A DNA stretch of 64,000 nt from Bacteroidales bacterium (GTDB taxonomy: Bacteria > Bacteroidota > Bacteroidia > Bacteroidales > GCA-2748055), in the NCBI GenBank assembly GCA_040880545.1, contig JBBDIE010000099.1, positions 15,944 through 79,943 on the forward strand. The letters are read 5' to 3'. This document shows positions 9,905 through 20,200 of the stretch, piece after piece. The notes under the pieces are model-generated. The model worked only from the letters and a program-made list of their open reading frames with translations. It did not search any database and had not been told where the DNA came from. A program made the position numbers and the translations under genes. The stretch's first letter is position 1; each line of letters opens with the position of its first letter.

Positions 9905-11440
9905 CTACTGGTTTATATAATAAGGATTCTGTACAAGTTTATTATTCTGGTCAATTTCATCCTGATGGATGGGCAGATACCAGCTATTTGTATTCGAGAA
10001 TTTGCTTTTTATAATCTGAGCATCTTCATAGGACTTGTTTTCTGTCAGTATTTCAATGAATCTGGTTTTCCTTTCGTAATTATTTCTCCTACCGAGTCTT
10101 ACGAGATCAAACCAGCGTTTGCCCTCTCCGCAAAATTCCCTGGCTCTTTCCTGCATGATAATGTTATCCAGTGAGTGCCTGTCGCCTATATCAGCAACCG
10201 GATCAATCAATGCCCTGCTTCTTACCTGGTTGATCAGAATTATTGCTTCGGAAAAGGCTTCCTGCTGAACAAGTGCTTCTGCCTTCATTAACAGAATGTC
10301 GGGATACCTGTAAATGATCCAGTTGGCATCGCTTTCATTGTTTCCCACCCGGTAACCTGAAGCTGCGGCCCCGGTAACTGTACTGGGCGTTCCTTCCACC
10401 CCCACATATTTCCACAATACATAGGTTGTTGCAAAACTGTACCATCCACCTCCGGAATATGCCAGGTAGGTTCGGTTACCAGCCCTCCTGTCGGTTGGAT
10501 TTCTCTCAAACTCCTTTACAAAATAGGGTGAAACCCTGAATTCATCATTGCCGTCAGGATAAGTACCATCCCTTGGGTATGGAGCAAACATTTTATACAA
10601 CTGGTTTCTTTGCTCCAGGTTCTTGTTGAATTGAATTTCAAAAATACTTTCATTGGAATTTCCGGGGAAAAAGTTCATAAACCAGTCCTCTCCATCGATC
10701 AGTCCGAACATTCCACTGTTGATCACCATGTCGCATGCAGCGATACATTCCTGGTATTGTTCAAAATAGAGGTTTACATCAGCAAGAAGTGCATAGGCTG
10801 CCGCCTTGGTTGCTCTGCCCTTCTCATATTCCAGTTTTCCATAAGATGTGGGCAACCCAAGAATCGCAGTTTCCAGATCCGCTATAATCTGTAGATAAAT
10901 TTCCTGCTCTGATGCTATTTCCGGATAATAATCCTGGTCATCATTTTCAGATGCCTCCAGAACCAGGGGCACATCCCTGAATATCCGTACCAGGTAAAAA
11001 TAACTCAGACTCCTTAGAAACAACGCCTCTGCTTCGAATGCCTTGCTCTCATTTTCATTGAAAGTCTGGTCACGTTCAACTACGATGGATGAAAATTTTA
11101 ATACCGTATTGGCAAAATTAATGGTACGGTATAACTGACCCCATTTGTTCATTCCGTTCTCAGGATATATAAATCCATCCATAATTCGTCTGTCTTCTGT
11201 GCTGATATTGGTACCGGGTACCATCAAGTCTGCCCTCAACTCTCCCCATTTGAATAACCGCTCAACAGTCCCTGCCAGCTCTTTGTAAGCCCCGGCCACA
11301 ACTGCCTGAACATCATCGCCGGTTTGCCAGAATTCCTCCCTGATAAGTTCACTCTCCGGCTCAAGCTGTAACCACTCTGTACATCCCCAGGGTAGCAGGA
11401 ATAGCAAAAGTATTATTATCTGTCTGGTCCGTTTTATCAT
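9905..11440 (-). CDS. SusD/RagB family nutrient-binding outer-membrane lipoprotein
   Basis: 511 aa with lipobox LPWGC. It has a TPR-like SusD core and C-terminal KRWFDLVRLGRR ... NSWYLPIHQDEI. It starts 4 nt after the SusC-like stop. Confidence 0.9.
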   Translation of the reverse strand: MIKRTRQIIILLLFLLPWGCTEWLQLEPESELIREEFWQTGDDVQAVVAGAYKELAGTVERLFKWGELRADLMVPGTNISTEDRRIMDGFIYPENGMNKWGQLYRTINFANTVLKFSSIVVERDQTFNENESKAFEAEALFLRSLSYFYLVRIFRDVPLVLEASENDDQDYYPEIASEQEIYLQIIADLETAILGLPTSYGKLEYEKGRATKAAAYALLADVNLYFEQYQECIAACDMVINSGMFGLIDGEDWFMNFFPGNSNESIFEIQFNKNLEQRNQLYKMFAPYPRDGTYPDGNDEFRVSPYFVKEFERNPTDRRAGNRTYLAYSGGGWYSFATTYVLWKYVGVEGTPSTVTGAAASGYRVGNNESDANWIIYRYPDILLMKAEALVQQEAFSEAIILINQVRSRALIDPVADIGDRHSLDNIIMQERAREFCGEGKRWFDLVRLGRRNNYERKTRFIEILTENKSYEDAQIIKSKFSNTNSWYLPIHQDEIDQNNKLVQNPYYINQ

Positions 11441-11443
11441 CGG

Positions 11444-14400
11444 TCAGAATTTAAAATTCACGCTAAGCTGATAACTCTTGGGTGCAGGTGTATCTGCTTT
11501 ATCCTCTCCAATAAAGAAAGGATCATTACTTAACATGGGAACTTCAGGATCGACCCCTGTATAGTTGGTCCATGTATAGAGGTTATATACCATGAGATAG
11601 ACTTTGATCTCCCTGGTATTCAATTTACTGGCAAGCCCTCTGAAATTATAACTGATACTTGCACTTTTAAATCGCAAAAACGAGCCATCTTCCACAAAAC
11701 GATCAGAGCCCAACCAGTTATAACCCTGGTTGTAAAGTGCCCGTGGAATATCTGTAATATCCCCCTGCCTTCTCCACCGGTTCAATACTGCAATACTCTG
11801 ATTATTTCTGTCGTACATATTTTCATTATACATTTTGGTACGATTCACAATATCCTGTCCCAATCTGTAATGAAAGAAGAGGGTCACCACCAGGTTTTTC
11901 CAGGTTGCCTTTGATCCAAAACCACCGATAAAATCAGGATTTGAATCCCCCAGTTTCACAATATCCAGTTCATTGATCAATCCGTCGGAATTAATATCTT
12001 CATAAATGGCATCCCCACCCCTGAAACGGTATCCGTCTGCATTACCGTACCGCATATAAAGCGGCTTGTTCGAAATATCATAGATGATGGTCCCCGCAGC
12101 ATCGGTTGCTACGGCATCGGCATCTGTGGGATATACCCCCAAATACCGGAATCCATAAAATGCCCCAATAGGGTGACCCTCGATGGCCCTTCGGGCATAC
12201 TGTCCGTTATTTGCCTCTGTTTCGAATTCAAAGTCGAAATTCTCCGGGATCTCTGTAATCCGGTTTTCGTTATGGGCGATGTTAAAATTCAGGTCCAGTT
12301 TAATCCTTTCCCTCCTGAAAACATCGGTGACAAACGTCACCTCCCAGCCTTTGTTATCCATGGAACCCCAATTCCTTGTAATATTCGGGAATCCTGATGT
12401 GGAGGGCAATGCAAGATTTTCCCAGATAAGATCTTTACTCTTCTGGTTATAAACATCAAAATGTATCTCCAGGTAGTTATTAAATGCCGACAAATCGACT
12501 CCGTAATTGATCTGGGAATTCCGTTCCCATCTGAAATGATCCAGTTGCAGATTAACTGGTATAACCACAGGCATATCTATATACTCCATGTTTGTACTGT
12601 ACAGGTTGAAATATCCGTAACTGCTCCCCGGCTGATTACCGTTCACTCCGTAACTGTACCTGAATTTGAGATCATTGATAAATGATAGTTTACTCATAAA
12701 TGGTTCCGATGAAACCCTGTATGCAACCGAAACTGAAGGGAACGTACCCCATCTGGAATCAAAGCCAAACCTGGAGGATCCTTCTCTTCGGACGTTGACC
12801 TGCACCAGGTACCTGTCAAGCAGTGAATAGTGAACAAAACCAAGGAGGGCAAGCATTCTGTTCTGACTGTATCCGTCACCGATCCAGTAAACAGGGGCAT
12901 GCTGCGCGTAATTTACCAGGTATGCTGAAGGCAGGTTGGAGGTACTTCCAAAATACCATCCGTTCTTTTTATCAGATAACGTAAAGGCCACCATAGAGGT
13001 TAACTTGTGTTTGCTTCCCTTGAGATAGGTGTACACAAACTGCGATTGTGTTTCAAGTACCGAACTCTGATAATCCATTCCAGAAGCCAGGTTGGCATAA
13101 GGAGAGGTCCATGGAGAACCTGTAACAACCTGTGGCAGGAATTTATTTTCCAGCTGATCATCAAGGTCATAGGCAACAAAGCTCTGGAATACCAAATTGT
13201 CCAGGATGTCATATTTAAGCTGAAGTTTGGTCCTGAGTCGGTGTTGTTGCCTGTTCCAGGTTGCCTCATTTGCCATTGCCAGCGGATTGAACCACCGAAT
13301 AGCCTGACCCTGGAAATTATCGCCCGGTGAAAAGTAATTGTCAGTCAGGTTACCTTCCATGTCATATTCATACATACTCATATTCGGTGCTTTGATGTAG
13401 GAAAGCGCCCGAACACTGTTCACCGTTGCATTCTCCCTGTAACTCAAATCATTATCTGAGTAAGTATAAGACAGGTCGCCTGAAAACAAAAGCTTCTCAG
13501 ATACATGGTAATCCAGGTTAAACCTGGAGGTAATTCGCTGGAACTTAGTGCCTGATGTAGTACCATCCTGGTCAAGGTATCCCAGAGAAAAACGATAAAG
13601 GGCACTTTCTCCCCCACCAGACAATGAAAAGTTGTGTTCATGGGATATCCCTGTCTGAGTAATGGCTGAAAGCCAGTCTGTATTTTGGGAATAGTTGTAA
13701 TATTCCTCCCAGTCTTTATTGTAGGCCAGTTCATCAGGGATCTCCGTGGAACCTGCATTCAATATTCCTTCCAGCATCAGCATGGAATAGGAATCCCCAT
13801 CGAGCAATGGAATAAACCTGGGCTGCTGCTGAATGCTCAGTTTATAGAGATAATCAAAGCTGGTTTTTCCCTTCACACCCCGTTTAGTTTCAATGAGCAA
13901 AACACCATTTGCTCCGCGGGATCCCCAGACGGCTGTTGACGCTGCATCTTTTAAAACCTGTATGGAAAGAATATCTTCCGGGGCGATATTTAACAACCCA
14001 CTGAATTGCTCCTGGGTAACAGCAGAAAAATCAAAATCATTATCCAGTTCAATCTCGAAGGGAACGCCATCCACAACGATCAGTGGCTGGTTCGATCCGC
14101 TGATTGAGGCAGTGCCTCTGATCCTGACCGACATTCCGGCTCCCGGATCGCCTGAAGCCATCGAAATATCCACATTACTGGCACGTCCCTGCAGCATCTC
14201 ACCCAGGTTTGAGCTTTTCGTCTCCTCCAGTGCCTTCATGTCTACCTTGGTAACTGCGCTGGTGATATCCCGGTCAGATACCGGCATAAATCCGCCAACC
14301 TTTTTTCCCTCATAAGTTATTACTACCTCCTCCAGTTCCTCAGTATCCTCAAGTAGTCTTACCTCCAAAAATTCCTGGCCTTCAATTATAAATTCATCTG

Positions 14401-14692
14401 TTTTGTAACCGATATACGAGATCTTCACCCTGGTATCAGATGAATTGAGCCGAAGGACAAAATTGCCATTCATATCAGTTACGGTGCCGTTTAATGTCCT
14501 GTTAAGCTCGTTTACCTCGATCACTGTAACACCGATCAACTGTTCTCCCGTAGTCCTGTCTGTCACCTTTCCTTTTAATACAACATCCGCCTGCGCGAAA
14601 GCAGTCCCATATACCAGTATGAGCAGGAAAAAAACAGTATGGAACCTTTTATTCATAAGTCTGTTTTTACTGAAACCGGAGCGGTGCTTCAA
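11444..14692 (-). CDS. SusC/RagA family TonB-dependent outer-membrane transporter
   Basis: 1082 aa. It has a carboxypeptidase-regulatory-like N-terminal domain (LKGKVTDRTTGEQLIGVTVIEV..DMNGNFVL) and a plug (SVRIRGTASISGSNQPLIVVDGV). The motif NTDWLSAITQTG is present, and the barrel ends in YQLSVNFKF. The likely true start is MNKRF at 14656, which removes the overlap with the upstream FAS1 gene. Confidence 0.92.
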   Translation of the reverse strand: MKHRSGFSKNRLMNKRFHTVFFLLILVYGTAFAQADVVLKGKVTDRTTGEQLIGVTVIEVNELNRTLNGTVTDMNGNFVLRLNSSDTRVKISYIGYKTDEFIIEGQEFLEVRLLEDTEELEEVVITYEGKKVGGFMPVSDRDITSAVTKVDMKALEETKSSNLGEMLQGRASNVDISMASGDPGAGMSVRIRGTASISGSNQPLIVVDGVPFEIELDNDFDFSAVTQEQFSGLLNIAPEDILSIQVLKDAASTAVWGSRGANGVLLIETKRGVKGKTSFDYLYKLSIQQQPRFIPLLDGDSYSMLMLEGILNAGSTEIPDELAYNKDWEEYYNYSQNTDWLSAITQTGISHEHNFSLSGGGESALYRFSLGYLDQDGTTSGTKFQRITSRFNLDYHVSEKLLFSGDLSYTYSDNDLSYRENATVNSVRALSYIKAPNMSMYEYDMEGNLTDNYFSPGDNFQGQAIRWFNPLAMANEATWNRQQHRLRTKLQLKYDILDNLVFQSFVAYDLDDQLENKFLPQVVTGSPWTSPYANLASGMDYQSSVLETQSQFVYTYLKGSKHKLTSMVAFTLSDKKNGWYFGSTSNLPSAYLVNYAQHAPVYWIGDGYSQNRMLALLGFVHYSLLDRYLVQVNVRREGSSRFGFDSRWGTFPSVSVAYRVSSEPFMSKLSFINDLKFRYSYGVNGNQPGSSYGYFNLYSTNMEYIDMPVVIPVNLQLDHFRWERNSQINYGVDLSAFNNYLEIHFDVYNQKSKDLIWENLALPSTSGFPNITRNWGSMDNKGWEVTFVTDVFRRERIKLDLNFNIAHNENRITEIPENFDFEFETEANNGQYARRAIEGHPIGAFYGFRYLGVYPTDADAVATDAAGTIIYDISNKPLYMRYGNADGYRFRGGDAIYEDINSDGLINELDIVKLGDSNPDFIGGFGSKATWKNLVVTLFFHYRLGQDIVNRTKMYNENMYDRNNQSIAVLNRWRRQGDITDIPRALYNQGYNWLGSDRFVEDGSFLRFKSASISYNFRGLASKLNTREIKVYLMVYNLYTWTNYTGVDPEVPMLSNDPFFIGEDKADTPAPKSYQLSVNFKF

Positions 14693-16802
14693 TTACATGA
14701 ATTACTCCATCCTCCGCCATGTGGTTGGCAATAGTAACATTCCTGGAATTGCCAAGATTGTCAACCACGTTCAAGTCATATTTCTGATTAATGATCTCAA
14801 TTGTGTTGAATAAATAACCGCTGGATTCATCGATTCTTGTGGTATTAAATTCGCCCGATTTTTTGCCATCGTCAAAGACAACTCCCTCAACAAAATGATA
14901 TTTTAAATATTGTTGCAACGCCTCTTTCCCGGTGGGTACGGTTCCTTCGAGCCTGGCTGCTTCTATGGCCTCGTTTGTAGGAATAAAACAGGAGTAAAAA
15001 GTACCGGTGGACAAATTATCAAGGCTCTTTGGCCGGCTGTCCTCATCCAGGATGATCAAACCGGATTCATAGCATAACTGGTAAAATTTCTGATATTGCG
15101 GATAGTTCCCCGGATCGGATATGATTTCAAAAATAGAGCGCTCAGGAGAGACCAGCATCCGGTCAATCCGGTATAATACCCCCTTACCACTTACATCTTC
15201 TTTGAATCCCAGTGAAGCGGAGGTTACATTTCCTCCGGCATATATACCATCGCTAGTCACACCAATATAAGTTTTTTGGGAAGTCTCAAAAAATGTACCC
15301 TCCTCAAAGTCAGCCTCCTCCATAGATCCAAATACGATGTGAGAATTAACAATACTGGTTCCCACATTTCTTGAGACAGGGGCCAATGGACTATTCACCT
15401 TATACAACCCATATCCTCCCAATCCGGTACGGAATATATATCCCGCTGCACTTATGGCCTCATTCGATGGTGCAAAAATGGTAAACTCAATGTTCCCTTC
15501 ATTGAGTAATTTGTCTGCCAGATAGAAATCCAGCATGTCGGTGAACCATTCGTAATCCTTGTTTCCCATAACAGGATTGGCCACTGATTCAAATATTTTG
15601 GGAAGAAAGTATTTATTGATACCACAGAATGGCCCATTACTTGCCATGGTGACATAATCCACATCCGTTTCGAATATATTGCAGTCCACAAGAGAGGATG
15701 TCAGGTCCCATTCCCAGTCTTCGGTGACTGTACTGAATTTTGACGGCCAGTAGTTGGTGCCGATGTAATGAGAAAGGTACCAGTTAATCCAGTAATCTCC
15801 GATCTTGTCAATGGAAGCATAACCTGTGGTATGGTTGGTGAAGAAATTCTGAAGTGCAGTGTTAGTGGGTGCAAACAGGGTGAGTAAATCCCGGGAACCA
15901 TTTGAAAGCACATTTTCAATAGCCGGTGAACTTCCTGAAGGGAAAATACTGTTCATTTTCAGGAATAGGGAATCAATAATTCCATCTTCATTGATATCAC
16001 CCTGGTTATACTGGGACGTTGTGTATGTATTGTTGTATTGGTAAAAGGTCTTCTTCCCGATCAGCTCTTTAAAAAGACTGTAATCCGGGTTTTCAGCCAG
16101 AATATTGTCATGGTTTCCTGGAGGTATCAATACTCTGTTGATCTTGTGGATCCATCCATTCTGGGCAGGAACATCATGTTCAACAATTTCTGCCCGGTCC
16201 ACATGAAAACCGCCATACGGTGTTTCCTTGTAGAGGTAGTTATAATTTTCTGCCGCATCCAGATTGAGTTCTGTGAAATATTCGGTGGAATAAACCGGAA
16301 TATATTTGGTTTCATTATAAACGGTATATTCTCTGCCCATCGTGTCATATTCTATGGTCATGGGCGGGGTATACCGGGTGGGTCGTTTGAAATCCACAGT
16401 GCTGTATTCTATGTTCGCATCCTGGATGTTCAAACCATAAAGTAGCATAAACCTGGAGTATGCCCAGAATACAATATGATAGAAGACAATTCCCTTGAGC
16501 TCCTCTTCCGGTATATCCTCAAGGGAACTATATCCTTCCTCGGTTAAAAATGCATTGAAAGCTGCATCATCTGGTGCAAATACAGTGAAATTCCCGGTTT
16601 TTCCCAGCACATCATCAAACTCAACCAGTTCAACCGCTTCGATAAACCGGGTATAATTTCCATCTTCTTCAAGTACATCCAGGATCGTTCCAATTAAATC
16701 ATCTGGTATTTTATAATACTCATCAAATTTCTTCTCACAACCGCTAAATATGATCATACCGGTCAGCAGGAAGATAATTCTAATGATGATTTTCAAATTC
16801 AT
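14667..16802 (-). CDS. Multi-FAS1 (about four fasciclin domains) surface lipoprotein, first gene of the operon
   Basis: 711 aa with lipobox IFSGC-EKK. The repeated FAS1 motif pairs are:
- FTVFAPDDAAFNAF / NGWIHKINRVLIP
- LTLFAPTNTALQNF
- FTIFAPSNEAISAAG / GVLYRIDRMLVSP
- CFIPTNEAIEAA / DGVIHVIEAPL. Confidence 0.85.
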   Translation of the reverse strand: MNLKIIIRIIFLLTGMIIFSGCEKKFDEYYKIPDDLIGTILDVLEEDGNYTRFIEAVELVEFDDVLGKTGNFTVFAPDDAAFNAFLTEEGYSSLEDIPEEELKGIVFYHIVFWAYSRFMLLYGLNIQDANIEYSTVDFKRPTRYTPPMTIEYDTMGREYTVYNETKYIPVYSTEYFTELNLDAAENYNYLYKETPYGGFHVDRAEIVEHDVPAQNGWIHKINRVLIPPGNHDNILAENPDYSLFKELIGKKTFYQYNNTYTTSQYNQGDINEDGIIDSLFLKMNSIFPSGSSPAIENVLSNGSRDLLTLFAPTNTALQNFFTNHTTGYASIDKIGDYWINWYLSHYIGTNYWPSKFSTVTEDWEWDLTSSLVDCNIFETDVDYVTMASNGPFCGINKYFLPKIFESVANPVMGNKDYEWFTDMLDFYLADKLLNEGNIEFTIFAPSNEAISAAGYIFRTGLGGYGLYKVNSPLAPVSRNVGTSIVNSHIVFGSMEEADFEEGTFFETSQKTYIGVTSDGIYAGGNVTSASLGFKEDVSGKGVLYRIDRMLVSPERSIFEIISDPGNYPQYQKFYQLCYESGLIILDEDSRPKSLDNLSTGTFYSCFIPTNEAIEAARLEGTVPTGKEALQQYLKYHFVEGVVFDDGKKSGEFNTTRIDESSGYLFNTIEIINQKYDLNVVDNLGNSRNVTIANHMAEDGVIHVIEAPLRFQ

Positions 16803-16991
16803 TATAAAACAGCGTGTTTATCTGGTTAAACTGAACATCGGGTTAATAATATCAGTATCGATACAATTACTGCAAATAATAGAATAGTAGTAATAATCAA
16901 CCGGCCCCGGATTTTATTAGCCTCCCTTCGCTTTCTGAATAGCTCTGCCTGATGAGAATCAAGGTTGTGCATTTTACCGAATCTCTAATTA

Positions 16992-17160
16992 GTGTCTGTC
17001 CATAATGTCCGATATCTGCGTTATGCTCGTCGGGAAAGTGCTCATTTACGCAAGTAAACTGCGCATTTCCCGACTTCGCAAGCCTTGATCTCGAACATTA
17101 TGATCCAGCCACTCTACTTTCTTGACAGTCTCTTTAATAATGTCCGGGATCTGTCATAAT
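16992..17160. repeat. Intergenic imperfect-palindrome repeat element (family member A)
   Basis: Bases 17001-17102 form a long imperfect hairpin.
- **Outer arms:** cataatgtccgatatc vs the reverse complement of gatctcgaacattatg (14/16).
- **Inner arms:** gggaaa/tttccc and tttac-gcaa-gtaaa.

A third direct copy of the arm lies at 17137-17160. Segments recur in inverted orientation at 36805-36836 and 36892-36915. Confidence 0.7.
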
Positions 17161-17269
17161 TATTAAGGTAAATGTATGGCAAACACGCATGCACCAATTT
17201 CAAAATAGTACGAATTCATTTAAAACTAATCCAAAAACAACTGTTTTAAATGATCCTTGAATAAATTTC

Positions 17270-20200
17270 CTATTTGGAAATCTGATTAAAATCTTCCTCG
17301 AAATTTTTAATGAATTCTTTTGGGGTGGTCTTATAATACTTCCGGAAAAGCCGGATCAGATATGAACTGCTGCTGATCCCCACCCTTACATATACCTCCG
17401 ACACGGTAAGATTTTCATACATCATCAGTTTAATCGCATGTTTAAGCCTGATTTTCTGAATATACGCTCCCAGTGTCATTCCACTGATCTGTCTGATCTT
17501 CGTGTACAGTGCGGTCCTGCTTGAAGTAAGTTCCCTGGCAATAAAAGCAGCATTCAGTTCAGGATCCTTAATATGTTCGTAAATCACCCGCTCCACCTCA
17601 TCAAGGAATTGATCATCCCGGTAGTCCTTCACTTCCATAAGATGTTCCAGATTATCTGTACCGTATTTTTGTTTCCTGGCGCGATTATTTTCAATTATTC
17701 GCTTTACCTGAATCTTTAATAACTGAATATTAAAGGGTTTGGTTATTACCTGATCGGCACCCAGATCCAGTCCCTCTTGTTTGTTGTGTAATTCATCCCT
17801 TGCCGTTAAAAATATCACCGGTATGGAAGATCTGCTTTTATTGGTCTTCACCTTTGATATAAACTCCTTACCATCCATGACTGGCATGATCCAGTCAGTG
17901 ATGATCAGATCGGGCTTGATCTCCTCCAGTATTTTCAAGCCCTCTTTCCCGTTTGAAGCTTCAAGTACCTGGTATTCCCCGGAAAAATTGTCTTTCAGAT
18001 AACCCCTTAACTGACTGTGATCCTCAACAAGAAGAATCCTGGGACGGTTGCTGATTTTAGTCGGGGAAATATCATGTTCCATTGCGATCAACTTTTCATC
18101 CGAAGCAGCCACATCTTCTTCTTTGTAAGGATCAGATTGCAGGACCCTGTCCCCATCCTCAACCTCATGCAGGTGCTGTTGTCCGAGTGGCAGCATAATC
18201 AGGATATCCGTCCCTTCACCTCTTTCGCTGGCTACCCTTATCTCTCCCTGGTGCATCAGTACCAGGTTTTTAACCAGGGCCAGGCCAATTCCACTACCAA
18301 TGTGATGACTTGCTTTTTCTGCATCAATCTGGTAAAACCGGTCAAATATTTTAGGAAGTGATTCTTTTGAAATTCCTACGCCTGTATCAGAAACAAGTAT
18401 TCCTATGTATGACGTCTCTTTCTTGTTCTGACCCAGATGAAGTGTGTTGTAATTTTCCCTGAATTTATAATTTTCCGGATTCATGATCATCGAAAGGGTA
18501 ATCAGGCCTCCCTGTGGTGTATATTTCATGGCATTTTCGATCAGGTTGTTAATGATCTTCCTGAATTTTTGTGTATCAACCCATATTTTCAACCGGTTCT
18601 CCTGGAAATTAATTAAAAACTGTATCTCCTTTTGGGCTGCCACAAACTCAAATTTCTGAGCAACTTTCGTGGCAAATGATGTAAGTTCGATTTGTTCTGG
18701 TTTAAGCTTGCTGATACCTATATCGGTCCTCCTGAATTCCATTAATTCATTTACCAGGCCAAGCAGGCTGTCTGCATTCTGTTTTGCCAAACCAAGATTT
18801 TTCCTGGCATGCGGAGAGAGATTATTTGAATTAAGCAGCTCATCCAATGGAGCCAGAATCAACGAAAGCGGTGTTTTAAATTCATGTGAGACATAGGTGA
18901 AAAACATCAGTTTTGACTGGTGCAGTTTTTCATTATAAATTAATTCATGCTTTAGCTTCAGGAACCTGATCAGGAAATAGGTTATGAGAAAAATTAACCC
19001 CAATAACAAAATAGCATATATGGTATAGGCAACCTTCGTTTCCCACCATGGCGGAAGAACAACAATTTTCTTCTCTGAAAAGCGCTCACTCCAGGTTCCT
19101 TCACTAATCGATGCTTTAACCCTGAAATAATAAGTTCCGTGTGGAAGATTGTTGTAACTGGCCAACCGGCTTCCCTTTTCATGTGTAATCCAGTTTTCAT
19201 CATAACCTGCCAGCATATGCTTATAGATGATGTTGCTTGTATTTAGCTGACCACTTGTAATAAACTCAAACGACAATGTATTGTTTCTATAATTCAGTAT
19301 CAGTGTGTCCTGGTAAGTAATGTGTTTATGCAGAATCACGTCGCCATTAACGGTATCACCGTAATTGATTACCCGGTTCTGAATGCGCAGTTCGGAAATA
19401 AGCACCTTTAAATTAATGGTGTCTTTAGTTATTTCATGCGGATAGAACAGATTTAATCCATCCACACTACCAAAAAAAAACTCCCCGTCGGGTGCACGGT
19501 AATAAGACTTCCACATGAAGTAATCCGACAGCAACCCGTCGTCCCTGTAAAAGTTCTCAAAAATTTCTGATTCGGGATCAAATTTACCAATGCCATGCTC
19601 GGTACTGATCCAAATATTCCCCTGTTCATCGCCTGTTACACCATAAACTGCATTTCCCGGCGCTCCCCTGGAGACATCATAAAACTTATATCTGTATTCA
19701 TTCCCAGCTGTAAAAACCCTGGCCAATCCTTTGTCATAGGTGCCTACCCAGATATTTGACTGAGGATCCTGATGAATCGAAATACCATTTTGCATTCCCC
19801 CCTGGTTTGTACTGCTGAAATTGCCACTTATTGGGGCCATTTTTCTGTAGTCTTTGGATGTAGTGGAATCAAATGCAGGTATTACTGCAGCAAATTGTTC
19901 CGGGCTGAAATTCAATTTGCACAACCCAAAGTCCCAACTTGCGATCCAAATGGTATTTTCATCAAATAAAAATGACTGGACATTATGATCTTTCAGAATC
20001 CAATGAAATGACTCATCCCTGTAATCAAACATACCCAGTCCCATCCGTGTACCAAACCATATTCTTCCGAACCGATCCCCCTGGATATGATAAATCTCAT
20101 CGTTATTATTAAGGAATTCGGGTCTTACAAATATCAACTCCTTGTCATAAATATGATCAACATAACACAATCCATTGTCATGTGATCCAACCCAGAGCCT

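Noticed and set aside
16949-16955. CUGAUGA heptamer (hammerhead ribozyme core) next to the 17-kb repeat
   Set aside because: I could find no stem II inverted repeat after it, and no suitably placed GAAA with stem III/I pairing. A 7-mer is expected by chance several times in 64 kb.
19472-19480. A9 homopolymer inside the HTCS gene, considered as a possible slipped-strand phase-variation tract
   Set aside because: It simply encodes Phe-Phe-Phe (GEFFFGS) in a conserved propeller repeat. There is no evidence of variation from a single sequence, and the tract is short.
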